Assembly (NCBI RefSeq): GCF_009914755.1
Contig: NC_060927.1
Source: the human T2T-CHM13v2.0 reference genome, Homo sapiens
DNA length: 64,000 bases
Strand: one strand, 5' to 3'
This document shows, in pieces, positions 30,942-44,772 of the stretch. The translations under genes were made by a program, and so were the position numbers. Position 1 is the stretch's first letter; each line of letters starts with the position of its first letter. The notes under the pieces were generated by a model, which was not told where the DNA came from, ran no database searches, and saw nothing but the letters and a program-made list of their open reading frames with translations.

Positions 30942-33900
30942 TTCAGAACGCTTAAGAAAGAAAGAGAAGCATGTAGCTTTCACTTCAGATGAAAAAAGCT
31001 TTTGGGCAATCCCACATTCAGTCATGCAATTGTGTTAGCATCTGGCTGGAAACAGTATTCTCACACCCACCTTCTTCCATGCCTATCATAGGTCAATGAA
31101 CACAGACACCCAACTTGGCCAAAAGGTCTCCATATATTAAAGAGTGGGGTGAATTGCTAAATTTCAATCTCTTCAGCTTGGAAATACCACCTATCAGAAA
31201 AGATAAAGACAGCATCATGAAAAGACATCTTTTTATGAAAAGATAAAAGCAGCGTCATGAGAGATGAGAGCCTTGAAAGAGAAATTTATTAGTTTGTAGC
31301 TTTGTGTCTACAAAGAACTTCAAATCTGAACAGACAGCAACTGTGACATTTTGGCAAGAGCACTGGCCTTGGAGTCAGGAAACTTCTCTACTGAGCCATA
31401 GTTCTGCCACACTTGAGAATGGACAAGCCATTAAACCTCCGATTTCTCACAGGGCTCTCGTGAGGAAGGCAAGACGTGTGTGATGAAGTTTCAGAGCATG
31501 AATTTCAGAGCATAATGCAAACATGAGAGGTGATTATCTTCCTTCTCACTGTAATTCTCACCATTCAAAAGCAAGGAGAATCAATGTGAAACTGAGTGCT
31601 GGAACATATCATGCAAGTACTGACTCTCACAGATGTGATGCATTACTAAAAGTAAAACAAACAAACAACCAAAAAAACCGCTATGATTTCCCCAATACTG
31701 ATTCTTCCCATATATTTGAAAATCAGAAATAATGTTGCTGGTTCCTCATATATAGTTCAATAAAGAAGTCAATAAGAGACTGACTTATACCTACAAACAA
31801 ACAGACTGTGGACTGAAAAATAAAACAAAACGATTCCACCTGTTATGACATGAAAAACAATGAGGCCCCCACATACTGTGCTCTGGGGCCAATTCAGACC
31901 TCCCTCACAGGTACATATTCCCCTTCTTTCTTTCTGCCTCAGGTATCATATCTACAAAGTCTTACTTGAAAACCTAATTTTTATTGTTGTTGGATTACCC
32001 ACAATAAAATTATTTTATTGTTGTTGGATTGCTACATAATCTTTGGCAGTGGATATTATCATAAGAATTCAAAACAAGAAGCTGCAAATATTCTAACCAT
32101 TGGCCTTATCAAACAATTCCTACTGGAAGTGTTGTTTTAAGCAGCAGCTTTCATCCCCACGCCCCACCCCCGCAGGATAAAGGCATGCATGAGTCTGGAA
32201 TGTATTAAAGGAGGTCAGAGGCCTTAAACCTTTCAAGGCCCCCCAAAAAACCCTACATATGCTCTCTGTGTCTGCACTATCCATGTCTAATTTATGTAAG
32301 CGCAATAGCATTTGGAAAAATACTTTAGGTCACATTAAGCCTTATGGCTAGTATGGATATTGTCATTGTTAAAGTAAAAATAAGCAATTACTGTGGTGAA
32401 AAATAAAAAAACATTTTATGAATATGGTAAAAGTAATTTTTTAAAAATGAAACAATTTTAGGTGATGCAAATTCTCATATGAGAAATTACAGTCGTGTAA
32501 AATGTATACATTTGTATACACTACATTTGTATAGAACTTGAACATTTCAAAATACTTTCCTTAGTCCTTATTGCATACGTGTTCCATAATCAATATTAGT
32601 AGCCCCCATTTTACAGAAGGAGAAACTAAGTTTCCAAAAAATGTATGACTTTTGCAGGGATCTGTGGAATCGCTCTTATTGTTTTATAATCAGATTGTGT
32701 ACAGTTTAGGTTCCAAATGACAATAGGTTAATCTCGTGCTACAAAATTAAAAATTAAGAGATGAGGTCTGAAAGTGACAACAGTCATAATTTTCCGTAGT
32801 TGCTATAAATGAGACAGGATAATAGATGATAGATAGCCCATTAGAAAAATGATAATGATAGCACCAATAACAATTATTATTTACTAGGGCTTACAATAAG
32901 CTGTTACTATTCTAAGTGCCTAACTTGTATTCACTAATGAAATCCTCGCAATGCCACTGTCACTTACCCCTCCTTTCTGGATGAGAAAACAGAGGCAAAA
33001 GAGACTTTGAGTAACTTGCCCCAAATCAAAAAATAGTGTCTCGTTTATTTCTCTAGATCAGTGTTTCTCAAAATACATTGATCATTCATAATTTATTACA
33101 CGGACCACCAACAGTTTCAGACTTAACAATGATTTGATTTAGGTGTATTTCGCAGAATTAAAATGCAAGTTTAATTATGATTTTCTTAGCAATTCCATTA
33201 TATTCTTAATAATTATGACATTCTTAAGGTCATACAAGCTCTTCATTGGATTCTTCCAGGCATTTTCTGTCACATACCACTTAGTTGTCAAGGTTTATTT
33301 GATCTTGCTAACTTAATATTGTTGATACAACGCTGTTTACTTTTATTACATTTGCAGTTTTAATGCCATTGCTGTATTTTGCTATAGCTGTGCTTTTTTT
33401 TAAGAAAAAGGGTTCTTTCATGATTTACTGAAGCTTAATAGTAGATATAAGAATAATAACAAATACTAGATCTAAAAGTAATTTAACTAATAAAAACATT
33501 TTGTCAAGTTTCACTTCTTGCAGCAAAAATACTTACATTAAATATTATTGCCAAGAAGCTAGTAAAAAATGCCTCAACATGAACAACAAATTATGCGTGG
33601 AACGAAGAATAAACTTCTGGCAAAACTTCATTTTCAAATGACGCTGTAGGATATCACATAATGTAATACAATACACACAATGAGGAAAGACAATTACTAC
33701 CACATGTTTAGATACAACAGATATTGCTTTATAGTCGGACAAACCACGAGAGAAGAATTACACTTGGACAACGGGTATATATGCAGGGGGAAAGTGTGGA
33801 ATAACTCCTTTTTTCTTTATCACTAAAGCTTTATATCTTTATAAAGGTTTTATCAGCAGAAACTTCTTGTTTCTTTATCACATAGCAAGAAAGATTCTGT

Positions 33901-34218
33901 TGCTCTGGTTTAATTCACAATATTGTGTAAATCAGAACATGGATGTGTTGAACCAAGGTTGGCTGAAATAAAGAATGATACAGAACTGACCTTTTTTGTG
34001 CAGCAAAAAAGCACATTTCTAATAAGAAGTCTTACCTGAAAGACAATCTATAAACTGCTTTATTCATAGAAAAAAGATGGTATTAACAATATATATCTTG
34101 ATCTTTTTTAGCATTATGGAAAATAAGGAAAATTGTGAAGAAAGTTGAATGTTAACCACTGGTTTACACCATTTCAGAGCGGAGTCTGCAGAACTGTGTG
34201 GCAGGTACAATACCTTTA

Positions 34219-34665
<447 letters not shown>

Positions 34666-35163
34666 TCATTTTTCTCTGCAATGTATTCAATATTTTATAT
34701 TACCTAAGCTTATTATCTTAATGTCTAAATGTCACAATTTTTGGTATTGAGGATAAGATACTAGGATTTATTAAAATGAGGAGTGAACAACTGCTGAGAG
34801 TTTCATAGTTTAGTAGCATTTAATAAATTTTTTTATCAGTGGAAATATTCTGCCAAATATTAAAATATATTGAAGCTGGCAGAGACTTCCAAGATTACAT
34901 ATTACAATCACCTCATTTTGTAAAAGAAGACTCTGAGGCCAAGAAAAGGTTAACTATTATAAAGCCCTACAGAGTTAGTAACATAATTAAAACTAGAGCC
35001 ACACTTTCTATATTCCTCACTCTAATACAGTTTCCAAAATGTTCCACCCAATTTCATGCTATTATTCTCAAACTGACATATGAAGTTGGTATCATCATGA
35101 AAGGTCTGTCTTTACAAAACTATGATCAAGTGCAGAAAATGGTGTTTTTGAAGTATGTAAATA

Positions 35164-37549
35164 CAGGCATACCGCTTCTGATTGTGCTTCATTTTATTGC
35201 ACTTTCCAGATATTGTTTTTCACAAATTGAAGGTTTGTGGCGACCTTGCATCAGGCCACTTCTTTCAGTGCCACTTTTCCAACAGCATGTGCTCACCCCA
35301 TGTCTCAACGTTACATTTTGGTAATTCTCACAATATTTTAAACTTTTTCATAGCTACCATTACTGTTACGATGATCTGTGATAACTGATCTTTGATGTTA
35401 CTATTGCAGCTGGTTCGGGCCCCACAAACCATGCCCATATAAGATGGCAAACTTAATAGAAAAATGTTGTGTGTGTTCTGATGGCTTCATCAACTCACCA
35501 TTCACCTGTCTCTCTCCCTGTCCTCAGGCCTCCCTGTCCCCTGAGACACAACAACACTGAAATTAGGCCAATTAATAATCCCACAATGGCTCTAAGTGTT
35601 CAAGTTAAGAGTCACATATCTCTCACTTTAAATCAAAAACTAAACATGATTAAGTTTACTGAGGAAGGCAGGTCAAAAGCCAAAATAGAATAAAAGCTAG
35701 GTTTCTTGCATCAGTTCACCAAATCATGAACGCAAAAAAAAAAAAAAAAAAAAAAAAAGCGATTGAAGGAAATTAAAAGTGCTACTACAGTGAACACATG
35801 GATAAGAAAGTGAAACAGCCTTACTGCTGATATGGAGAAAGCTTTAGTGGTCTGGATAGAAAATCGAATCAGCCACAACATTCCTTAAGACCAAAGCATA
35901 ATTCAGGGCAAGAGTCAAACTCTCCTCAATTCTGTGAAGGCTGAGAGAGCTGAGGAAGCTATAGAAAAACAGTCTGAAGCAAGCAGAAGTTGGTTCATGA
36001 GGTCTAAAAAAAGAAGCCGTCTTCATAAACATGAAAGTGCAAGATGACGCAGCAAGCGTTAATGTGGAAGCTGCAACAAGTTATCCGGAAGATCTAGCTA
36101 AAGTAATTAATAAAGGTGGCTGCACTAAACAACAAATTTTCATTGTAGATAAAGCATCTTCTTGGAAGATGTCACATAGGACTTTCTTAGCTAGAGAAAA
36201 TGTTAATGCCGGATGTTAAAGCTTCAAAGGACAGACTGGCTCTATTGTTAGAGCTAATCCAGCTGGTGACTTTAACTTGAAGCCAATGTTCATTTACCAT
36301 CCCCCAAATCCTAGGGCCCTTAAGAATTATGATAAATCTACTATGCCTTTGCTCTATAAATAGAATAACAAAGACTGGATGACATCATATCTGTTTACAG
36401 TATGGTTTACTGAGTATTTTAAGCCCACTGTTATCTGCTCAGAATAAAAGATTCATTTCAAAATATTACTGCTAATTGACAATGCTTCTAGTCACCCAAG
36501 AGCTCTGATGGAGGCGAACAAAGAGATTAACGTCGTTTTCCTGCTTACTAACATAACATCCATTCAGCAGCCTGTAATAGAGGAGTAACTTTGATTTTCA
36601 AGTCTTATTATTTAAGAAATATACCTTGTAAGGTTATGACTGCCATAGATAGTAATTCCTCTGGTGGATCTGGGCAAAGTAAACTGAAAACTTTCTGGAA
36701 AGGATTTACCATTCTAGATGTCATTAATAGCATTCGTGATTCATAAGGAGAAGGTCAAAATTTCAACATTAACAGAAGTTTGGAAGAAGTTGATTCCAAC
36801 TCTCATGGATGATTTCGAGGAATTCAAGATTTCAGTGGAGAAAGTAACTGAAGTGTGGTAGAAATAGCAAGAGAACTAAAATAAAAAGTGGAGCCTGAGA
36901 TGTTAGTTAATTACTGAAATCTTATAATAAAACTCGAACAGATAAAAAGTTGCTTCTTAAGGATGAGCAAAAAAAGTGGTTTCTTGATGTGGAAACTACT
37001 CCTGGTGAAGATGCAGTGAACACTGTTGAAATGACAACAAAAGATTGAGAATATTACATAAGCTTAGTTGATAAAGCAGTGGCAGGGTTTGAGAGAATTG
37101 ACCACTTTGGAAAGAAGTTTACTGTGAGTAAAATGCTATCAAACAGCACAGTATGCTACAGAGAAAGTGTTCAAAAAAGGAAGAGTTAATTAATGGGGCA
37201 AACTTTCTTGTTTTTTTGTTTTCGTTTTTGTTTTAAATGCCAGTCACTCCAATTTACAGTAACCACCAACCTGATCAGTCAGCAGCCACCAACACTGAGG
37301 AAAGACTGTCCACCAGCAAAAAGACTGTATCTTGCTGAAGGCTCAGATACTTTTTAGCAATAAAGTATTTTTTAAAATTAAGGTATGTACATTGTTTTTT
37401 AGACATAATGTTATTGCATACTTAACAGACTAAATTATAATGTAAACACAAATTTTATATGCACTGGGAAACCAAAAAATAAAAATTGTGAGGCTTGCTT
37501 TATTGCAATGGTCTGGAACCAAACCTGCAATATTTCTGAGGTATGCTAG
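35164..37549 (+). mobile_element. Tigger1 DNA transposon, near full length (2386 bp), transposase disrupted
   Basis: Left TIR ta|caggcatacc and degenerate right TIR gaggtatgctag. Transposase remnants KSHISLTLNQKLNMIKFTEEG, AASVNVEAATSYPEDLAKVI...QQIFIVD and [11 protein letters not shown], with multiple stops and frameshifts. Confidence 0.93.
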
Positions 37550-38164
37550 TTTTCTAAATAACTGTGTAAAATCATATGGACAAACCTATGTCCTAGGAGA
37601 ACTGACAATTCAAATTCAACAAGCATGAGTTTCCATCACGTGCAAGACTCAAATAGTACTATCAGCCATATGTAAATGTTTAGGTCAAAGATTCACACAC
37701 AATAATCTGGAATTTAGGAGGTATTGATCATAAGACTATCAGACTTAATCTGGGACAATGGGTTACAGGAAAAGAAATCATTACTTAGAAACTTTTTTTC
37801 CCTATTCCAAACTCTGTGTAAATTGGTTTTCCATAAATAACACATTAGGTAAACCTTTGTTAACTATCTTATTGGGAAAGTGGACCAGGATGATCAAATC
37901 TGTATTTATTTATGAAGAGTTAAATCACAGTGTTCTAGAGGAGCTCATCTACAGACATATAAACAAGTGAAAGGGCAGGCTGGTGGCAAGGCTGAAAGAG
38001 CACTGGGACTTTTCCATACTTCTAAAGCAGAGGTAGGAAAGAATACTCAACAACTTGACATGAACTATAGCACAATCCGGTTCACCGACTTATGGTTAAT
38101 TTAGTAGTGGTGACAAAGTTGACTTAGAGATTTTTATTCAACATTAGAAAAGTTTTTCAGTAGC

Positions 38165-38498
<334 letters not shown>

Positions 38499-41400
38499 TA
38501 GAGATCTGAAATCATATCCATTCCAAATTATATTCATCATCATCATCATTCAAAGATCATTTAGAAAGCATGCTCTCTCTAGTCAAAGGATTAGGCATAG
38601 CAGAACAGAAATATTAGTGATAATATCTATCCTACTCCAGCCAAACAGCATGGGGCAAAAACCACGGCTCAATTCACCTTTATGTCAGCTGGTCCGAGAC
38701 AGCATGGACTTCCACCCACTCCCCTCCACTCCAGTGATGGTATCAGGGCACTCCTCCCGCTCCCAACTAGAGAGTGAGGGAAGAACTTCAAAGAGGAGGG
38801 AGCTGGATAAAGGGATTATTTAAATATTATTATAAAATATTTAATATTTTAATACCCTTTAAATTTCTTTAACAGTATCAAAGTTTGAGAAATGAACTAC
38901 AGTGTAGAACACCACCAGGTTTAAAGATTGGCCTCTGGACAGTACATACAGGAAGCAAATCAGAATAGGATTGCAAAGCCTCTATAAATGAAATTGCTTT
39001 TACTTAGTATATCACGATATATTCGCTCAGAGAAGCATACCTACTTTCAATTCCTAGCACGGATGTCCTGATCAGTTGTAATAAATTTAACTTAAAACCC
39101 CCAGTGGTACTATGTAACCACAACTAAATCCATCTCAGATGTCATCTCATGGAGACAAGAGTCGGAAATCAGAGGACTGATGCCAATCATGCATGTGGAT
39201 ATTATTACTGCTAAATATTCCATGCATGTGTGTTCTGGCATGTGTGTCTTAGGGCCTTGGTACTGTTTTTTCCTCTTTTCTTTTTTGCATTATGTAACTA
39301 TTTATAGGGAGTAGGCTGGCAACCATGGCCTAAAATACATTAACTAGAATTCAAAAGGAAGCTAGAAAACTGTATGCCTTTTTCAATGAAAAAGACTTTA
39401 ATGATCCTTTCTGTGAGTACAAGAGAAATTTTCATTTCACAAAATCATGGAGTCTTATAGACTTTGGATTGGAAAATATTTTAAATCTCATTCATTTCAA
39501 CATCACTCTGGTGCTTGCACCTTAAATACAACCTCTACATTAGGTATTTGTTTGACTCACGTTTGAACACCTTCTAGGGCTTCCTATTAGATCTCAGAAT
39601 AGTGTGAGGAAAGTCTTTCACATTTGAGCCGAGATCTTGTTTTCTGTAATTTCTGTTATTTGGTCCTAGTGCTTCAATTCTTCAGTGCCATAAAGATCAG
39701 GAACAATCGCCTCAAATGATAATCTTTTTTGAAACTGCAAAAGGAGATTTTTTGTTGTTGTTGCTTGTCTTTTCTTCATTAGCTTACTCATCCTCTATAT
39801 CAGCTGTTTCTCATATATGGTTTTGAGCCTTTTATCTATCTTCTTTGTCTCTCTTGAACATTGCCTAGTTTATTCTGTCCTCTTAAATTACCATTAAATT
39901 AAATATTTGTGTAACTTCCTTTCAAGTTTTACTTTAAAGGGATTCACTGCCCCAAGATGAGGACCAGCATTAGATACACTGGAAGTAATTCCTTTCCTGT
40001 AAACTTTTAAACTAATTTATGTCCATTGCATTTTATATTCCATTATTTTATAATCTCATCAGTTTTCTGTTTCCACAGGTAGACTGTTGGCTTGCTGTAC
40101 CAATCCACTAAAGTATTTTAGCATCTCAAGCTGGCAGATGCAGAAGAGCTCTTATTAAGTAACTGGCCCAATGCTGCCCTAGTCCAAATGCAAACCCCAA
40201 GGACTAGAGAAAGCCATTTATGACAGAGCTGGGTGTAGAGATTAAATTGCTTGATTCCTAGACTTGTAACCCTCTACTACTTTTTGTGAGCTACTCTCCC
40301 ATTTACCTGACTGCTAAACAAAAAGCAGTTTCATTTTGGTGTCTATGATGAAGAAATGTTTGTTGATTCTCAAACTTAAGTCATCTCCCATGGGTACAAG
40401 AAATCAGGGTAGGAAGGAGGCTTAAAGAGGTTTAAAATTCCCAAGATGTGTCTGTGGGAAGAGATTTTATCTATTAATATGAAACAGAGAAGATTTGGAA
40501 TGTGTTTGAACAGAGTCCATTTAAAAAAAATACAAAGAAGAGGACACAATCTCAAGGAAATTGTGAAATCAGAGAATGGGAGAATTTAATGGGGAAGAAA
40601 GAAAAGAACATTTCTTAACATAGCAAATGAACAGCCTCGAATTTCCATTAAGAGGATGATTTTTGTTTTATCTTGATGGTGGAGAGGCAGGTAAGTCTGT
40701 GCTACAGTGCGCAGTGTTGAACGTGAAGCCAGTTACTCAGATTGAATGGGTCAAGCACCTGTTTTATATGTCCCCTAGTGTTCTGTACCTGTTATAGATG
40801 TAATTATTTTCTCCACTTACCATGATATATTTGCCTAAATATTCTTTTGCCCTTTATATTCCCTTAGAAATTCACCATCTGCCTAGAAACTATGAGGCAA
40901 GGAACAATCTTTTTTTTTTTTAACTTCTCACAAGTACCTTGTAAAATAGGTATGATTATTGTCATTTTCCCGATACAAAATTCTGATTCACGTAGACAAG
41001 TTTCATACAGTCTCAAACAACCGATATGTCAGAACTTTTTTTGACTATATACCTGTTTGATGTCAAAACTCAAGCTATGAGAAGTGGATGACAACTCAGG
41101 ATTTGTGATCAGAAAAATCTGGATGCAGATTCTGATTCTGTTACTTACTAGCAGTATAATCTCAGACACATTATTTAATCTTTCAGGCTTCAGTATCCCT
41201 ATTGAAAAATGAAGAATATACTAGAGTTTGGATCTCATGATTGTTGAAAGAATTTGATGAGAAAATTTACATAAAGCTTTTAGCATAATACCGGGTACAC
41301 AGTAATAGTCAATAATATCTGTTATCACTAATAACTATAGTCATAGAACATAACTGTCTTCAAAACTAAGATCAAGTGTTTGATTTCAGTGACTTTTTAA

Positions 41401-42331
41401 GTCTGTTAAAGGAAATGTCATTTTGCTATTTCAGGTTTCTTCAAAATCTGTTTTGAAAACAAAATGTATCAAGAAGATAATATAAGATGGTCTTCAAAGG
41501 CTGACAATTTTTTCTATATGAGTATTTAGTCTGATTCTTCCTGCACATACACAAAACATTTTTCGTTATTAGTTTAATGACTTTCTTGATATATATTTGG
41601 ATGATAGATAGATGATAGATGGATATACATTTATACCTATTGAGGTAAAAAATAATTCAACAAGTTATCTCGATAAAATAGGGAGATTCTTTGACCTGTG
41701 TTTCAGCTGTGTGAATAGAAGATTTTCTTCTTGTTGCGCTTTCATAGCATTTTTGTGTGAATAATTTAGTCTACGAATAAGGATTTTAATTTCTCTATTT
41801 TCTCACTCCTAATTTTATGTATCCTATCCCTCATAAATGACTTTCACAAATATTTCCTCATTTTGTCCTTTCATCAACCCTATGAGTTGAGCAGTTTTTA
41901 TTATTATCTTTTCACAGAGATAGAAATTGAGACACAAAGAGGGTGAACAATTTGGAGAACTGTAAAAGGGAAGGTTGAGCTTCACCTAGAATTTCAAAGG
42001 AACCTGAAATGGCAAAATAACATTTCCCTTATCAAACTTAAAAAATCTTTAAAGCTACAATTCACTTACATTTAGCTTTGGGTAATGGATTTTATAACTA
42101 TTAGTAAAATTCCCTAAAAGGCATTGTTTCATATCTTACTATACATACATTTCTTTCAAGCCTCAGAATAGTACAGATTCTTTTACAAACTATGATTAGT
42201 CAAATTTATTCTTAAAACTGCCTGTACTATTGATTAAATTAATTCTCCAAATTTTTCACTGTCTCTGTTTCCAATAGTATTTTTTGTTTTTTATTCCTTT
42301 TTTCCTAAGTATTAAAAATTACCAGTATTTT

Positions 42332-42470
42332 ATTTTTACTTATTTTTTTTTTTAGACACAGGGTTCCCATTATATTACACAGGCAGTCTTGAACTCCTGG
42401 ACTCAAGCAATCTTCCAGCCTCTACCTCCCAAAGTGTTGGGATTACAGGCATGAGGCATTGTGCCCAGCC
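42332..42470 (-). mobile_element. FLAM-type Alu monomer
   Basis: Monomer with long TSD taaaaattaccagtattttt. Confidence 0.88.
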
Positions 42471-42516
42471 TAAAAATTACCAGTATTTTTTAAATGGCAG
42501 GTTTCACACACCATAA

Positions 42517-42882
42517 TTTTTTTTTTCTTTTTTGAGACATGGTCTTGCTCTGTCACCCTGGCTATAGTGCAGTGGTGCAATCATGGCTCACTGTAGCCTC
42601 AAACTCCTGGGCTCAAGTGATCCTCCCACCTCAGCTTCCCAAAGCACTGAGATTATTTACAGGCTGTGCATTTCAGGATGGCCAGCAACAGTCCTGGCCT
42701 TTACCTGTTATATCAGTAGTAACACATTCCACTCCCCTCCAAGCAGTGATAACAAAAAATGTCTCCATATATTGCAAAATGTCACTTGGAGGTCAAAATC
42801 ACCCCAGATAGAAAAACACTGATTTAAACATTTAGCCATATTTAAGATGACTGGGCCAGGTGTGGCCAATCTATGCCCAGCC
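42517..42882 (-). mobile_element. Old Alu monomer (FAM/FRAM/AluJ-like) split by a 202-bp insertion
   Basis: Alu sequence runs to ...gagattatttacagg (42663) and resumes as atgcccagcc at about 42873. Confidence 0.8.
42664..42865. repeat. Inverted copy of 44502-44703 (part of MER20, flank and Alu head)
   Basis: Reverse complement matches at 198 of 202 positions by manual alignment. Confidence 0.95.
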
Positions 42883-43437
42883 TGTAAATCTTTACTTTTT
42901 CTTTCCCATATTTAATTTCACTTTTTTGATACAAAACATCTCTGAATTGACACTACATAATCACATAGGAGTGCCTCTGTTTATTACGTTAATTAATATT
43001 ATAGCTATATACACATTTGTTTTTTTCAATGGACTGTGACTTACTTGAAGATAGGAAGAGTGTCTTACTCATCTTCATATCTCCAGGGCCTTAAAAAAGA
43101 AGGTTACATCTAAAAGGCCTCAGTATTTTTTTAAATTGCTGATAGAGAAAACAGTTTAATTTAATGAAAACTATTAGCTAGCATTTTTTGTTTGAGATCT
43201 TTCTCGTTTGTTTTTGTTTTTTTAGAGGGGAATTATGTCATTTGGTAAATATTCAGTGTTGTACACGTGGAATTTCTAGCCAGAGGAATTACTTCCTTCT
43301 CTTTCCTGAAGAAGCTGATTAACTCTGCTGTTCTGGGCTTCAGCAAGGCAGAAGTGTCTCAATAGAATATGGCCTTACGGCAATACGGAGTGGAAGAAAG
43401 ACAAACATCTGCTTCCCAATTACTAATTATACAACAT

Positions 43438-43521
43438 AGATATCAGAGTGGGAAACATCCTAGTTTTCTTTCGTGAGACAGATATCAGAGTGGGAAACAT
43501 CCTACTTTTCTTTCGTGAGAC
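43438..43521. repeat. 42-bp tandem duplication (2 copies, 1 mismatch)
   Basis: agatatcagagtgggaaacatccta[g/c]ttttctttcgtgagac x2. Confidence 0.95.
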
Positions 43522-44166
43522 TCTTTTCATGCCTGAGACCTTTAGACTTCAATCTAATTGCTTTTGGCTTTCCTTTGCTTCATTTTTGTTCATTATCTCG
43601 TCATCCTTCTTCCTCTATTTCTGTATCAGTCTTTGGCTCCCTCCTTCCCTCCCTTTCTCTTTCTTTCTGTCTCTAATATTTTTTCTTTCACCTGACCTCC
43701 TCTTATTTCCCCCACTTCCCAGCCTTCTGTGAGTTGGCATTTTTGTTTTCAGTCAAGCTGCTTCCTAAGAATAGATGTGACACAGAGCTAACCCAAAGAA
43801 AACGTACAGGTTGCAGTGGATTATTTATAAATAATTGGGTTTGAGAACTTTACAAGGTGAATGAGAAATATAGTCATTCTGGAGTTTGAAATTCACAACT
43901 AAGATGTGTTAGTTTGTATTGTTAAAGCAAGCTGTCTCATCATGTTAGGACAATCAGTAGAGAAAACTATCTGGTCTTTTCCATAAGCTGAGTTACTGTA
44001 GCTATGGAGAACCAGATATGGGATATAAGCCAAGTGCTTTGCATCTTGAAGAGAGAAGCTCTATTTCCAATAGATTTCTCCTCTAAAAGATATCTAGCTG
44101 CAGCCAAACTTTTTTAATAAATATTATAATTCATCAGTGGGCAAACTGCCTTCTAGTATAATCTAG

Positions 44167-44532
<366 letters not shown>

Positions 44533-44545
44533 TAAATGTTTAAAT

Positions 44546-44772
44546 CAGTGTTTTTCTATCTGGGGTGATTTTGACCTCCAAGTGACATTTTGCAATATAT
44601 GGAGACATTTTTTGTTATCACTGCTTGGAGGGGAGTGGACTGTGTTACTACTGATATAACAGGTAAAGGCCAGGAATGTTGCTGGCCATCCTAAAATGCA
44701 CAGGACAGCTTGCCACAACAAAGAATTATTCATCCCAGAATATCAATCAGCCAAGGCTGAGAAACCCGGACT
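44546..44772. mobile_element. MER20 (hAT-Charlie non-autonomous element)
   Basis: cagtgtttttc...ggggtgattttgacc...ggagacattttt...gccaaggctgagaaaccc. Confidence 0.85.

Noticed and set aside
31198-31260. Degenerate 23-bp repeat aaaagataaa..cagc.tcatga with a 40-bp period; similar micro-duplications at about 20579-20605 and 44152-44196
   Set aside because: Ordinary small slippage duplications with no further structure.
34839-36219. 161-aa ORF and neighbours as a possible domesticated TIGD-like gene
   Set aside because: The ORFs run through MIR and Tigger1 sequence, and the transposase frame is broken by many stops and frameshifts.
38688-38698. gctggtccgag resembling a Y RNA 5' end
   Set aside because: Similarity stops after 11 nt, with no Y RNA body or 3' stem.
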